This document shows positions 28,984-39,500 of a stretch of DNA of 64,000 nucleotides, in pieces. The translations under genes and the position numbers were made by a program. The stretch covers positions 635-64,634 of the forward strand of contig CALSPN010000046.1 in the NCBI GenBank assembly GCA_943788245.1, written 5' to 3'. Within the stretch, counting starts at the first letter, position 1, and every line of letters starts with the position of its first letter. The notes under the pieces were generated by a model. That model did no database searches. It was not told where the DNA came from and was given only the letters and a program-made list of their open reading frames with translations. The DNA comes from an uncultured Verrucomicrobiae bacterium. Its GTDB lineage: Bacteria > Verrucomicrobiota > Verrucomicrobiia > Limisphaerales > AAA164-E04.

Positions 28984-30710
28984 GGTTTTGGATCTGATGA
29001 GCGGCCTTGTGTCAGGCCTTGCCCTTCCTTGATGACACATAGTTGGTTGGCTTGAATATGGTGAAGCGTGTCAATGTCTCCTCCAATCCACTCAACTTTG
29101 ATTTCGTCAATATGGGTTTGATTGCCGAGTCCGAAATGGAGCCGTTTTCCGAAGTCGCTCTGATAGCTGCGTCCACTATGAATTTCGTCGATTTGCTGGA
29201 GCTCGCCCGTTCGCACCGTGACTCGTGCGCCGATGCCATCCCGATTGCTTGTGGTTCCTTGAAGTTGAATCTGTAACCAGTGGTTTCCTTGGTCGGAATC
29301 ATTCCTGATCAGAGTAGGGCTGCTCCGCGCATTCAGGATCACGGCGTCAATGTCTCCATCATTGTCGAGGTCATCGAACGCGGCACCACGACTGCTTTTC
29401 ACAGGCTGCATTCCGTCGCCACATTGCTCTGAGACATTCACAAACTTCCCTGTTCCGGTGTTGCGAAGCAGGATGTTGGACGCAGCGTAACGCATGCTGG
29501 AGTCTATCTGTTCCACGTTGTCGATCAAATGGCCGGTGGCGATGAATAAATCTCGATGAGTATCATTGTCGAAATCTATCATGCCAACTCCCCATTTGAC
29601 ATCAGCAAAAGCGTCCTTGCCGGCACCCGTTTGGCGCGAAACGTCTTCAAAAAAAAGGCCCTTCTGACTTTGAAATAATGTGGGTATCTGACGTTGGTAA
29701 GGCGTGATATAAACGTCCATCCAGCCGTCATGATTCCAGTCCGCGCACTCAACGCCCATGGATCCCTGCACATTACCAAACGCATCATAAGCCAAACCGA
29801 GTAAGGTGCCTTCCTCCCTGAATTTTCCGTGACCATCATTGCGCAGGACAAAATCAGGGCGTAGATCGTTTCCCACGATAATGTCCGTGTCCCTGTCATT
29901 ATCCAGATCACAGGCAATCACGCCCATGCCCGCCCCCTTCAACAAGCCAATCCCTGACTCTCGACTGACATCCGTAAAGGTTCCGTTGCCATTATTTCTG
30001 TAAAACGCATTTGTTGTCGGTGGATAATTCAGAGGGCCAACATATGCGGGGAAACCATTCATCTGCGAGATATGATGCTTGTCAAAGCTAAAGCCCACAT
30101 ACTGGGCGATAAACAAATCCAGATCGCCATCCCCATCGGCATCCAGAAAGCAGGCACCTGCACCGACTTCTTGACCTGTTCCCAGACCTGTTTCGTGAGT
30201 GACATCGGTAAAGGTGGAGTCACCGTTGTTTCGGTAAAGGATGTTGGGTCCAAAGTTGTTCAGGAATATGTCCAAATGGCCATCGTTGTCATAATCGCCA
30301 ACGCACACACCCAGATGGTAACCCGAATCATCCAGGCCTGCATTGGTGGTGACATCCGTGAATTTCCAATGGCCTTCATTCCGGTAGAGTGCATTCCGAG
30401 GCTGGACAGGCGGCGTGGCTCCAGGCAGAGGTGCTCCGTTCAAGAAGAGGATATCTATCAGTCCATCTCCATCAAAATCAAAAGTGGCCAGTCCCGAGGC
30501 GACCGTTTCTACGATGTAGCGACGTCCTGAACTTCCGTCGGTGTGTATGAAATCAACGCCAGTTTGAGTGGTGACATCCTTGAGCTGGATGGCGTGATGA
30601 TCATTTGCTTTCAACGGAGTCGCATGGATCATCATTACTGCCAGGCATCCCATGAATAAAAAGGGCGGCCGCTTTCGGGCGGTAGTCTCCGGGATCTCAG
30701 CCACATTCAT
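28980..30710 (-). CDS. CRTAC1-like protein (tandem paralog of 27316-28983)
   Basis: Collinear by eye with its neighbour across long near-identical stretches, e.g. [32 protein letters not shown] versus [32 protein letters not shown]. The start overlaps the TPR gene stop as ATGA. Confidence 0.85.
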   Translation of the reverse strand: [576 protein letters not shown]

Positions 30711-32086
30711 GGATTACGTTTTTGTGCCATTGCCTTTTCGAGTTGATTGCGAAGTTTCCGGTATTTTGCATCGTCTGGAGTGATGGTGAGCGCCTGATTG
30801 ATGGCTTTCAATGCTTCCTGCAGATGGCGGTTTTTGATGCAGGCGGCCGACAACAGGTAATAGCGGGCATGATTGGGTTCCAGTTCAACAGCCCTTCGAG
30901 CGAGTTTCTCAGCTTGATCCAGGTGCTGATTGGTGAGCATGTAAAGTTCTGCCAATGCATGATGCCCTGCTGCCCATGTTGGAGCCAATGACAAGGTCTT
31001 TTGGTAACTTGATTCCGCCTCAATAGAATTGCCCAGCCTCGTTTTCAGTCGTCCCAGAAAAAAATGATTCAGGGCATTCTCTGGCTGATTGCTGGCGAGT
31101 TGCTCAAATGCTGCAGCACCCTCCGCTAATTTTTTATTTTGCACATGTACTGCCTCCAGAGCTGCACGGCTTTTTAAGTCCTCTTTGGCGAGTGCAGCTG
31201 ATTGGTAAAAAAGATCTGCTGCTGCGGTATAAGCTCCTTGTGATTGATGAATCTGTCCTGCACCGAAGAGAGTTCGGGCAGTCGTTTCGCGCACAGCAGC
31301 TATTCCACTCAGTGACTCCGTTTGGCTGCTGCGATCGTTGAGATCTTTTCGATCGATCGATTCAAGTCGGACAAACGTGTTGCGGAATTCCATCGCTTCC
31401 TCCATCTGACCGAGCCTTTGGCATGCCGTGAACAGACCGAAGTAGGCCTGCGTGTGGTCAGGTATGAGTTCAGTTGTTTGAATGAAACTTTCCTTTGCTT
31501 TCAGATAGTCCCGGGCTTGCATGCGCGCCTGTCCCAGTAAGTAAAAACTCTCTGCCAATGGATGGGAAACCTTGATAGCTTCGAGTAGGGTTTGAATGGA
31601 TTTCTCGGCTTGACCTAGGTCCATTTGCGCACGTGCTAAACGATTGAGAAGTTTCGGGCTGCTTAATCCTCTGTTCCGTGCTTCGACGCAAAGTCGTACG
31701 GCTTCTTCAGGATTCCCCTTTTCGTAGGCAATGCGCGTCAGGATTTCGTGGGCCTCCAGAATATTGTTGTTCAGGGCAAGGCATTTTCTGAGGTGGGTAG
31801 CAGCCATATCTGTTTGTCCCGTATTGAAATAAGCGGAACCCAACAAAATGTGTATCAGTGCGTTTTCAGGATATTCCGCGGCTATGGATTTTGCCATGGC
31901 CACCGCATGTGCTTTCAGCCGGGTGGCTTCTGATTCTTCTGATCGTGTTTCTGGATTGAAAAGAGCAATTGGTGGCTGTGCCGTAATCTGGCTGAAACAC
32001 ATCATCTCACAAAGCCACAGGCCAGTAAAAAATAGATATATTGCAATGTTGCTTCCAAACCTTGCATTACTTGTTTTCAAACGCAT
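30707..32086 (-). CDS. Tetratricopeptide (TPR) repeat protein, first gene of the minus-strand CRTAC1 operon
   Basis: Repeated 34-aa A/L/Y/G-pattern units (e.g. ALIHILLGSAYFNTGQTDMAATHLRKCLALNNN). N-terminal TM/signal from the ATG at 32086; the ORF-track start at 32197 is TTG. Confidence 0.8.
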   Translation of the reverse strand: MRLKTSNARFGSNIAIYLFFTGLWLCEMMCFSQITAQPPIALFNPETRSEESEATRLKAHAVAMAKSIAAEYPENALIHILLGSAYFNTGQTDMAATHLRKCLALNNNILEAHEILTRIAYEKGNPEEAVRLCVEARNRGLSSPKLLNRLARAQMDLGQAEKSIQTLLEAIKVSHPLAESFYLLGQARMQARDYLKAKESFIQTTELIPDHTQAYFGLFTACQRLGQMEEAMEFRNTFVRLESIDRKDLNDRSSQTESLSGIAAVRETTARTLFGAGQIHQSQGAYTAAADLFYQSAALAKEDLKSRAALEAVHVQNKKLAEGAAAFEQLASNQPENALNHFFLGRLKTRLGNSIEAESSYQKTLSLAPTWAAGHHALAELYMLTNQHLDQAEKLARRAVELEPNHARYYLLSAACIKNRHLQEALKAINQALTITPDDAKYRKLRNQLEKAMAQKRNP

Positions 32087-32678
32087 ACGTTTTTTGATGG
32101 CGCCATGAAAGTCAGTTGCAGCGTTTTCAGTTGCGTTGCTTATCCCGCTAAAATTCATTTCCACAAAGGCGTACTGGGTCGAGTTCAGGAAGAACAACCC
32201 TAGAAATCAGTTTCATTGGTGTCAAGCTGATGGCTCATAAGGATCGCAAAGCGCAGCTAGCTTCAGTAGTAACACGCATCAAGGAGATGATTTTTCTCTA
32301 TTCCTCAAGGAATCGACATTATTTCAGCGAGTCGCCTTCGCCCTACCGTTCTAGCCGGAAAGGCGATACTTTTCCGTCATTGTGTGGGGCTGAATGGGTG
32401 GCCTGACGTTCCCGGTGTGTGATGAATGACTCGAAATAACCCTTAATGTGACTGCCCTTGATCGATCGGAGACTGAATTTCACTCTTTTTCTTGCGTGCC
32501 ATTGCTCGGGCTTGCATTAACCCGACATTCATTCGTACGAGAATTTATTGCTTGATTGTTGCATGCAGCTGTGCATCTAATGAATCAACCCCTGACATAG
32601 GCAAAGCAAGTATACCTGCGCATGCATGTATCCTTGTGTGCTTTTGTTAACGTAAAAGTAAGACAACAACTAATCGAT

Positions 32679-35600
32679 ATGAATAAAATACATCAATACC
32701 TGCGCAGGCTCAGGTGGGCGTTAATCGTCTCTTTGCTGCCGGTTTTCAATATGGGTGTTCAAGGACAGGACTTGAACAATGGGCTCGTGGCTCTATGGAG
32801 TTTCGATGACAAGAATTTTCAGGATTCTGTAGGTGAGTTCCATGGTGAGGAAATGGGAACAGATCCTATAGAATTTACAACAGGTCGTCCGGGATTTGGG
32901 CAGGCATTGGCACTTGATGGTGTCGATCAATACGTTCAAATCGTTGGGGGAGATGCTTCTGACCTTAGCTTTGAGGGTGGAAGCATGTCTGTTTCTGCTT
33001 GGTTCCGCATAGGTGCCTTCGACAAGAGTTGGCAGGCACTGATTGCCAAAGGTGAAGGCAACAGATGGCGTGTCCACAGGCGCGGTGGCGAGCCTGGTCT
33101 TGCTCATGCCGGTGGAGTCGGTGAAGGTAGTGCAGGTGATCCTCTTGACTTGGATGTTTGGCATCATCTGGTCGCCGTTTCCGATGCTGATACCGAAGAA
33201 TTCGGTACGCGTCTTTACGTCAACGGTGAAATTTACTCTGAAAACGCTTCGGCGCCTTCCTTGGGTGAAAATGACAAATACGTCATGATTGGTGGAAATC
33301 CGGACACGGGTAACCGCACATGGAATGGTGACATTGATGATATTGCCATATGGAATCGCGTTCTGTCAGAAGCTGAAGTAGCAGCTATTTTTTCAGGCAG
33401 TTCTTTGGGTGAGCCTGCAGCTGATTCAGATGGTGATGGTATGTCGGACAGCTGGGAAGAATCATGGGGATTTGATCCTAACGATCCAAGTGATGCCGAT
33501 CAGGATGCCGATGGAGATGGAGATACCAATCTCGTTGAATCCCAATTGGGTACCGATCCTACTGATACGACAGATCCCTTCTTGATATCCATGGAAGGGA
33601 ACTGTGACATGACCACAGTGACGCTGACTTTTTCTGAAACGCTTGACGAAGCAGTTGCCGGTGATGCTGGCAATTACTCTTTTGAGCCTGCCCTAGACAT
33701 CACTGCGGTGACGGTCAAAAAGAAAACAGTGACATTGACCACTGCAACCCAAGCTGCTGGTGCGCATCATGCATTGAGCATCAATAACTTGGTCGACCTC
33801 TCAAAAAATAGCATTCCTGCGAATACCTCTGCAGACCTCTACACTTGCGTGGAGGTTACTGAAGGCGCACTTCGCTTCGAAGCCTGGTTTGGTATTGGCG
33901 GTGCATCCATCGACGGTTTGCAGGACGAGAGAGTTCCTTTGCCCGGGACAAATGGCGGTGACACACCAGACTTGGTGAGTGCTGTTTATTCATTCAACAC
34001 GCGAGATGCTTTCCCTGACAACAGCAACGATAATTATGCTGCTCGCATGTATGGTTTCATTACTCCCGAGGAAAGTGGAAGTTACCATTTCTTTACGCGC
34101 AGTGATGACGCCTCAGAGTTGTTCCTAAGTACGGACGACAAACCTGCCAATGCTGTCTGGTTGACCGAAGAGTTGGATTGCTGTGATGCATTCCAGGAGC
34201 CAGGCATAGATGATACGACTACATTTGAGCCTATCAGCTTGGTTGCAGGAAAAAGGTATTACATCGAGTTCCGCTACAAAGAAGGCGGCGGTGGTGACTG
34301 GGGTGAAGTTGCATGGCGCAAGGAAGGTGATGATACTCCAGCCAGCGCATTGAGACCTATCACTGGTGGTTTTCTATCCACTTCAACCCCCGTATTGGCT
34401 CCTGCTAACGGCGCCTTTACTGCTCGCACCCCCAATGGGAGAAATGCAAATCCCAATGCATCCATTTCAGTCAGTCACCGTTCGGGAGTTGCGGAATGGA
34501 CCGCTGAGAACATCAGCCTCGCTGTCGATGGCATGACTGTTTCAGCAGATCAGGTCACTTTTGAAGATTCAGGTGGTATTGTGACGATCTCACATACTCC
34601 AGCAGCTTTGTTTGGAAGTGCTTCAGAGCATACGGTCTCTTTAACCTATCCAGATCCTGGTGGCAATCCAGCCACTGAAAATTGGTCCTTCACGGTTCGA
34701 TCCTATATGGGGCCTACCTTGGATTCAGTGGCTTCTTACCCTGGATTCGTCTTCGGTAAGGCTGTATCCACAGAGGATGCGGGTGGTCACACTGGCACAG
34801 CCGGTGATTATGGTATGGACATGACGGCCGGTGGATCTGTGGCAGTATTGGACGCTGCATTCCTCAACCCTGTATTCGAAACAGATGAGGTTACCGTGGC
34901 TTACTGGCTCAAGAAAGATTCTATCGCCAACAGTTCTTCTGTGTGGATCAATAGCCCGTCTTCACCAAGTGGGCAGCGAGGTTTTCAGGCTCATACACCC
35001 TGGAGTAATGGCTCGATCTACTTTGATACAGCCGGTTGCTGTGATGCAGCCACGCAGCGCATCAATGCACCTCTTTCAGACTTCGCGGCAGACGTCGATG
35101 CCTTCTGGGCTGAATGGCATTTGTGGTCATTCTCCAAGAAAGGTGACTTGAAAGAGATTCGCATTGACGGTGAGTTGTTCTTCGATGGATTCAATGAATT
35201 GCCATTGCCAAGTGACATCACCAGTATGTGGATTGGATCCAACGGATCAGGCGGAAGCAACGACAAATCTGTTTTTGATGACTTTGCCGTGTTCTCCAAG
35301 GCCTTGTCTGAATCAGATCTCAAGGCAATAGCTGGCGGAAAGTCCGCTGGGACTGTTAATAACCTTGTCGCCTTCTGGGACTTCAATGAAGCCGTATCCA
35401 GCATTGGTAATGGTTCAGTAGTCGCCATTAACTTCGGCGCGGATGAGCCTGATGGCAATCGTTCAGACGTCAGTGGTGCTGCTGGTGTGCTCGGGACTTC
35501 CAACTGGAACAATGTTGACGGTCCAGCTGGTGAAGCCAGTGGTTTAATTGCAGATAATGGTGGTTCCGCAGCTGATAGCTCAATATCCGTAGCCTGGGCC

Positions 35601-36182
35601 TCCAACAACACCTGGTCGAGTCAGGGTCGCGGCGAAGAGAACAACGAGGCTCCAGCTGGCAATGACAGGAATATGATGACCGGTTATCTGGATACCAACA
35701 ATACCTCTCAAACGACTGTTACAGTGAGTGGACTCCCCGATGGAGCATCTTATGATGTGGTTGTTTATGCCAAAGGTGGCGTGGCTGGACGTGGTGGTGA
35801 ATTCTCCATCGGAGATACTGTCATCCCCCATTCAACAGAGAGTTCCTTCAGTGGTTCCTACAACTACGGTTCTGCTGGCGATTATATCGTATTCAAGGGT
35901 GTAACAGGTAGTAGCTTCACTCTGACAGCTACCCCAACAACAGGTGCACCTCCTCGCGCTCCAATCAATGGTATCGAGGTGGTTATCGGTGGAGGTGTTG
36001 ATATCCCTGCTGCTTCAGGAAGCATCAGCGGTTTATCATTGCAAGATGGTAATGTCGTCATCGAATACACCGGAACTTTGAAGAGTTCTGAAAGCGTATC
36101 CGGCCCTTACAGTGATGTTGCAGGTGCGAAGTTCACCACACTCAGTGGAGCCCACCAAGGCTTCAGAGTTCTATATAGCTGA
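32679..36182 (+). CDS. Giant secreted LamG / TSP3-like / SbsA-Ig / PA14 / LamG / malectin-like mosaic protein. The C-terminal tail is frameshifted; the corrected stop is at 36186.
   Basis: Signal peptide MNKIHQYLRRLRWALIVSLLPVF. LamG (LVALWSFDD...GDIDDIAIWNRVLSEAEV). D-rich Ca-binding stretch DSDGDGMSDSWE...DADGDGDTN. SbsA-type Ig (VTLTFSETLDEAVAGDAGNYSF). PA14 (GSYHFFTRSDDASELFLS...YYIEFRYKEGGGGDWGEVAW). A second LamG-like domain (FDDFAVFSKALSESDLKAI). A malectin-like end (RAPINGIEVV). Confidence 0.8.
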   Translation: MNKIHQYLRRLRWALIVSLLPVFNMGVQGQDLNNGLVALWSFDDKNFQDSVGEFHGEEMGTDPIEFTTGRPGFGQALALDGVDQYVQIVGGDASDLSFEGGSMSVSAWFRIGAFDKSWQALIAKGEGNRWRVHRRGGEPGLAHAGGVGEGSAGDPLDLDVWHHLVAVSDADTEEFGTRLYVNGEIYSENASAPSLGENDKYVMIGGNPDTGNRTWNGDIDDIAIWNRVLSEAEVAAIFSGSSLGEPAADSDGDGMSDSWEESWGFDPNDPSDADQDADGDGDTNLVESQLGTDPTDTTDPFLISMEGNCDMTTVTLTFSETLDEAVAGDAGNYSFEPALDITAVTVKKKTVTLTTATQAAGAHHALSINNLVDLSKNSIPANTSADLYTCVEVTEGALRFEAWFGIGGASIDGLQDERVPLPGTNGGDTPDLVSAVYSFNTRDAFPDNSNDNYAARMYGFITPEESGSYHFFTRSDDASELFLSTDDKPANAVWLTEELDCCDAFQEPGIDDTTTFEPISLVAGKRYYIEFRYKEGGGGDWGEVAWRKEGDDTPASALRPITGGFLSTSTPVLAPANGAFTARTPNGRNANPNASISVSHRSGVAEWTAENISLAVDGMTVSADQVTFEDSGGIVTISHTPAALFGSASEHTVSLTYPDPGGNPATENWSFTVRSYMGPTLDSVASYPGFVFGKAVSTEDAGGHTGTAGDYGMDMTAGGSVAVLDAAFLNPVFETDEVTVAYWLKKDSIANSSSVWINSPSSPSGQRGFQAHTPWSNGSIYFDTAGCCDAATQRINAPLSDFAADVDAFWAEWHLWSFSKKGDLKEIRIDGELFFDGFNELPLPSDITSMWIGSNGSGGSNDKSVFDDFAVFSKALSESDLKAIAGGKSAGTVNNLVAFWDFNEAVSSIGNGSVVAINFGADEPDGNRSDVSGAAGVLGTSNWNNVDGPAGEASGLIADNGGSAADSSISVAWASNNTWSSQGRGEENNEAPAGNDRNMMTGYLDTNNTSQTTVTVSGLPDGASYDVVVYAKGGVAGRGGEFSIGDTVIPHSTESSFSGSYNYGSAGDYIVFKGVTGSSFTLTATPTTGAPPRAPINGIEVVIGGGVDIPAASGSISGLSLQDGNVVIEYTGTLKSSESVSGPYSDVAGAKFTTLSGAHQGFRVLYS

Positions 36183-36220
36183 ATAAGCCTGACATTTCCT
36201 CTATAACTAAAACAATCACG

Positions 36221-36250
36221 GCCGGGCATTTTTTGCCCGGCTTTTTTTTT
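36221..36250 (+). terminator. Rho-independent terminator
   Basis: 8-bp stem GCCGGGCA/TGCCCGGC, loop TTTTT, followed by T9. Confidence 0.75.
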
Positions 36251-36310
36251 GCCCAGCAAAAAGGTGTTTCAAGATCTGGGGTGTTGGATTCATTAAGGGA
36301 TATGGATTTT

Positions 36311-36335
36311 TCCGGTTCATATCTCCGGTTCATAT
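36311..36335. repeat. Tandem direct repeat TCCGGTTCATAT x2 (13-nt period)
   Basis: 36311-36322 and 36324-36335 are identical and separated by a single C. The repeat lies between the terminator and the promoter-like region of the next gene. Confidence 0.6.
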
Positions 36336-36410
36336 GGTTGATGTTTGAACTAAATATTGCCCTCACTTTTGCGTGAGTCTGCCGCAGGATAACGGTTTTT
36401 TCGGCTTTTA

Positions 36411-36426
36411 TGTAATAATGTAATAA
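36411..36426. repeat. Tandem direct repeat TGTAATAA x2
   Basis: 36411-36418 and 36419-36426 are identical. The repeat ends ~35 nt upstream of the candidate -35. Confidence 0.5.
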
Positions 36427-36460
36427 CACGCACAGTGACCACAATAGTTACAAAATCAAA

Positions 36461-36490
36461 TTGACATCTTAGTCTGAAATTAAATATAAA
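36461..36490 (+). promoter_or_regulatory. Candidate sigma70-type promoter for the second PA14 gene
   Basis: TTGACA at 36461-36466, an 18-nt spacer, then TATAAA at 36485-36490. This would give a 5'UTR of roughly 95 nt that contains a 7-bp hairpin, GCTTGTA-TCAA-TACAAGC, at 36538-36555. Confidence 0.3.
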
Positions 36491-36591
36491 ACCAATAACC
36501 CCAATAGTAAACCGGATCGCATCTGGCAGCGTATACTGCTTGTATCAATACAAGCAAAACAGGATGCAAGGATCGTTAAAAAGAAGAGAAC

Positions 36592-39500
36592 ATGAACAAA
36601 ATTAACAAAACATCCAAGATATTGACGGGAGCGTTGATGTTTGCGTTGACTTTATGTCTAGCGAAGGCACAGCCCTCAGAACCCCAAGGTACGATCACCG
36701 GTCGAGCGTGGCTTGACATGGGGGGGACGGGACTGGCTGACATCACAGGCAGCGAGCGCTTTCCTGATGGATTCGATGTAGAGGTTTATCTGCCCTATTT
36801 CGAGTGGAACCCAAGTCCGGATGGGGATATTTTCGTGCCCGCTAACAATGCCTATGGGGACAATTACGCTGCTCAGATCATGGGTTACTTTCACCCTCCT
36901 GCAACTGGAGATTACACCTTCTGGCTTTCTGCAGATGACAATGCTGACCTGTGGTTGAGCACGGACTCAGATCCAGCCAATAAACACGTCATTGCTCGCG
37001 AGGCCGGATGGTCAAATGCTCGTAACTGGGACTCTGTGGGAGGTGGCAGTGTTGTTGAAGACAAAACCTCAGCTAGTTTCGGGGCCACTGAATGGCCGAG
37101 CGGTAATACCATTACCCTTCAGGCTGGTGAAGCCTACTACATTGAAGCCATCGTGAAAGAAGGCGGCGGTGGTGACAATCTTGCTGTAGCCGTTGAAGAC
37201 CCTAATGGAGAGATTGATCCCACACTCCCAATTCCCGGTGAGTATCTTTCATCCATTCAGCCTTCCGGTCCTTTGAGCATTGTGACTCAGCCAATGGGCG
37301 GCTATGTCAATGCTTTGGATCCAATGACCCTTTCCGTCGAAGTTGCTGGAACGCCTCCCTATACTTACCAGTGGAAAAAGGATGGTGCTGATATTGAGGG
37401 AGCCATCTCTTCTTCATACAATATCGACCGTGTTGACAACTCCCATGGCGGTTTTTATACCGTCGTTGTGACAGGAGCTGAGGGTTCAGTGACCAGTGAC
37501 GCAACAGACATTACGATCAACTCAGACATCGAAGCGCCTACTTTGGCTGCAGCGACGGGCTCCGAAAGCTTTGCTGCGGCTCGAGTGACATTCAGTGAAC
37601 CAGTTGATCCAGCCACAGCAGGTATTAAAGGTAATTATTCCCTGTCTGGTGGTGTCAATGTGACGGGTGCTACAGTCGGTGCTGCACCCAACGATCACAT
37701 CGTGACTTTGACCACCAGTTCTCAAAAGGAAGGGACCATGCTGACCATTACCGTCAATAATGTGACTGATCTTTTCGGGAATACGATTGCTGCTGATGCT
37801 TCCATGGAATTCAGTACGTTTATTTGGCAGGAAGGCTATGTGCTGCACAAATTCTGGCAGGGTACACCAAACAATATTGCTGGATTAATCGACGATCCAC
37901 GTTTCCCCAACAGCCCTGATTTCGTCACTTTGGAGCCTTTCTGGGAATATGGTCCAGATGGTTCAAATGAAAGCGGAAGTAACTATGGTAATCAGCTCGT
38001 AGGCTGGTTTGTTCCTCCTTCAGATGGTGAATATATCTTCTTCACCAATTCTGATGATCCATCCGATCTGTTCCTCAGCACGGACGATGATCCCGCAAAT
38101 AAACTCCTCATCGCACGTGAAGCGGGCTGGTCCAATGCCCGTGACTGGGTGGGAACCGGGGGAGGTGCGTCCAATATTGATGACAAACGCTCTGACTTCT
38201 TTGCCGACAGCGAGTGGCCTACATTTGACATCTCGTTGGAAGGTGGCGAGCGTTACTATCTGGAGTCGCTGCACACCGAAGGTGGTGGTGGTGACAGTGT
38301 GGGCGCGACCGTGATTGCTTCAAATGATGCAGATCCAGCAAGTGGCGATGCTCCAACATTGACGGGTTCCCTGATCGGTACCTATCTGGATCCCAACGGA
38401 GCCTCTGTTAATATCATTCAGCAACCTGCAGACGCTGATGTCGATGAAGGCACAGCAGGCACATTGAGCATTGCTGCTGAAGGAACATCTGCCTACGGAA
38501 ACACTGTGAGTTTACAATGGCAGCAGGCAGCAGCTGGAAGTGATGATTTCACTGACATTCCAGGCGCGACTGGAGATAGCTATGAGACAGGGGTTCTTGC
38601 GGTAGGTGACAGTGGCCTCCAGTTTCGTGTTCAATTGTCTGTCCCCACTGTAAGCGCCACAAGTGATGTGGCAACCTTATCGGTCGTGAAAGATGTCACA
38701 CCTCCAAGGATTGTAAGTGTGACTGCCAACTCCTTGAATGGCTTGATCGTCAAATTTAATGAGGAAATCGATGCCGCAACGGGGGCAGTAAAAGGTAATT
38801 TCAGCCTTTCCGATGGTGTAACTATCAGTTCTGCGAGTGCAGCAGGACAGTCCGTCCTGCTTAAAACAGGTTCATTGACTTCTGATGCGACTTACACTTT
38901 GACGGTGGGTGGCGTCAAGGATCTCTACGGCAATGCTGTTCCTGCGGGCACTACCAAATCCTTCGTGGTCAGTGTGGTAACCTATACCGATATCATTCTT
39001 GCGGACGAGCCAATCGCCTTCTATCGCTTTGAAGAAACAGGCGGCATGGTCGCTGAGAACTTCGGCACGCTAGGATCGGATGCAGATGGTCTTTGGATGT
39101 CCGGCACCGGACCTGATGATTCCATTGAGTGGGAAGTCACTAATGAAGAAGGCCCGAATCCTGGGGAAGGGTTCTTGGGATTTGGTGAAGATAATCTAGC
39201 TGCTTCTTTCAATGGTGATCTGGATCTGCTGTGGATTGAAACACAGGGACAGTGGCTTAGTAATCTCGATTCGTTCACATTGGAATATTGGGTGAAACCC
39301 ACCAACCGTGAAGGTAATGGCTGGAGCCGTGTTGGTATTGTCGGACAGAATGATGCTGTTGAATACGGATTCATCAATGGTACGACCATTCAAATCTGGA
39401 CTCCTGGCGGCGGTGCTTTGAATACCACTTATGAATTCCCTGATGACGAATGGCATCATATTGCAACTATCGCAGATGGATCTCAGATCCATAACTATTT

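Noticed and set aside
28984-29040. 19-codon N-terminal extension (MCHQGRARPDTRPLIRSKT) of the CRTAC1-like ORF, overlapping the upstream gene by 61 nt
   Set aside because: The internal ATG at 28983 gives a clean signal peptide and an ATGA stop/start overlap with the upstream gene, so the extension is probably not translated.
32332-32366. 7-bp hairpin TCGCCTT...AAGGCGA in the 481-nt divergent spacer between the TPR operon and the first LamG/PA14 gene
   Set aside because: The stem is short, the loop is 21 nt, and there is no flanking U-tract or recognisable riboswitch core. I cannot assign a role, and I did not recognise any known riboswitch in the spacer.
35018-35611. 197-aa antisense ORF in the first LamG/PA14 gene (likewise 39196-39792, 39021-39389 and 37522-37848 in the second)
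   Set aside because: These lie in stop-poor antisense frames of long Gly/Asp/Ser-rich genes. They have no start context, no motifs and S/P/A-rich composition.
36311-36335. Possible CRISPR or other repeat array
   Set aside because: There are only two 12-nt copies separated by 1 nt, with no spacers and no cas genes anywhere in the window.
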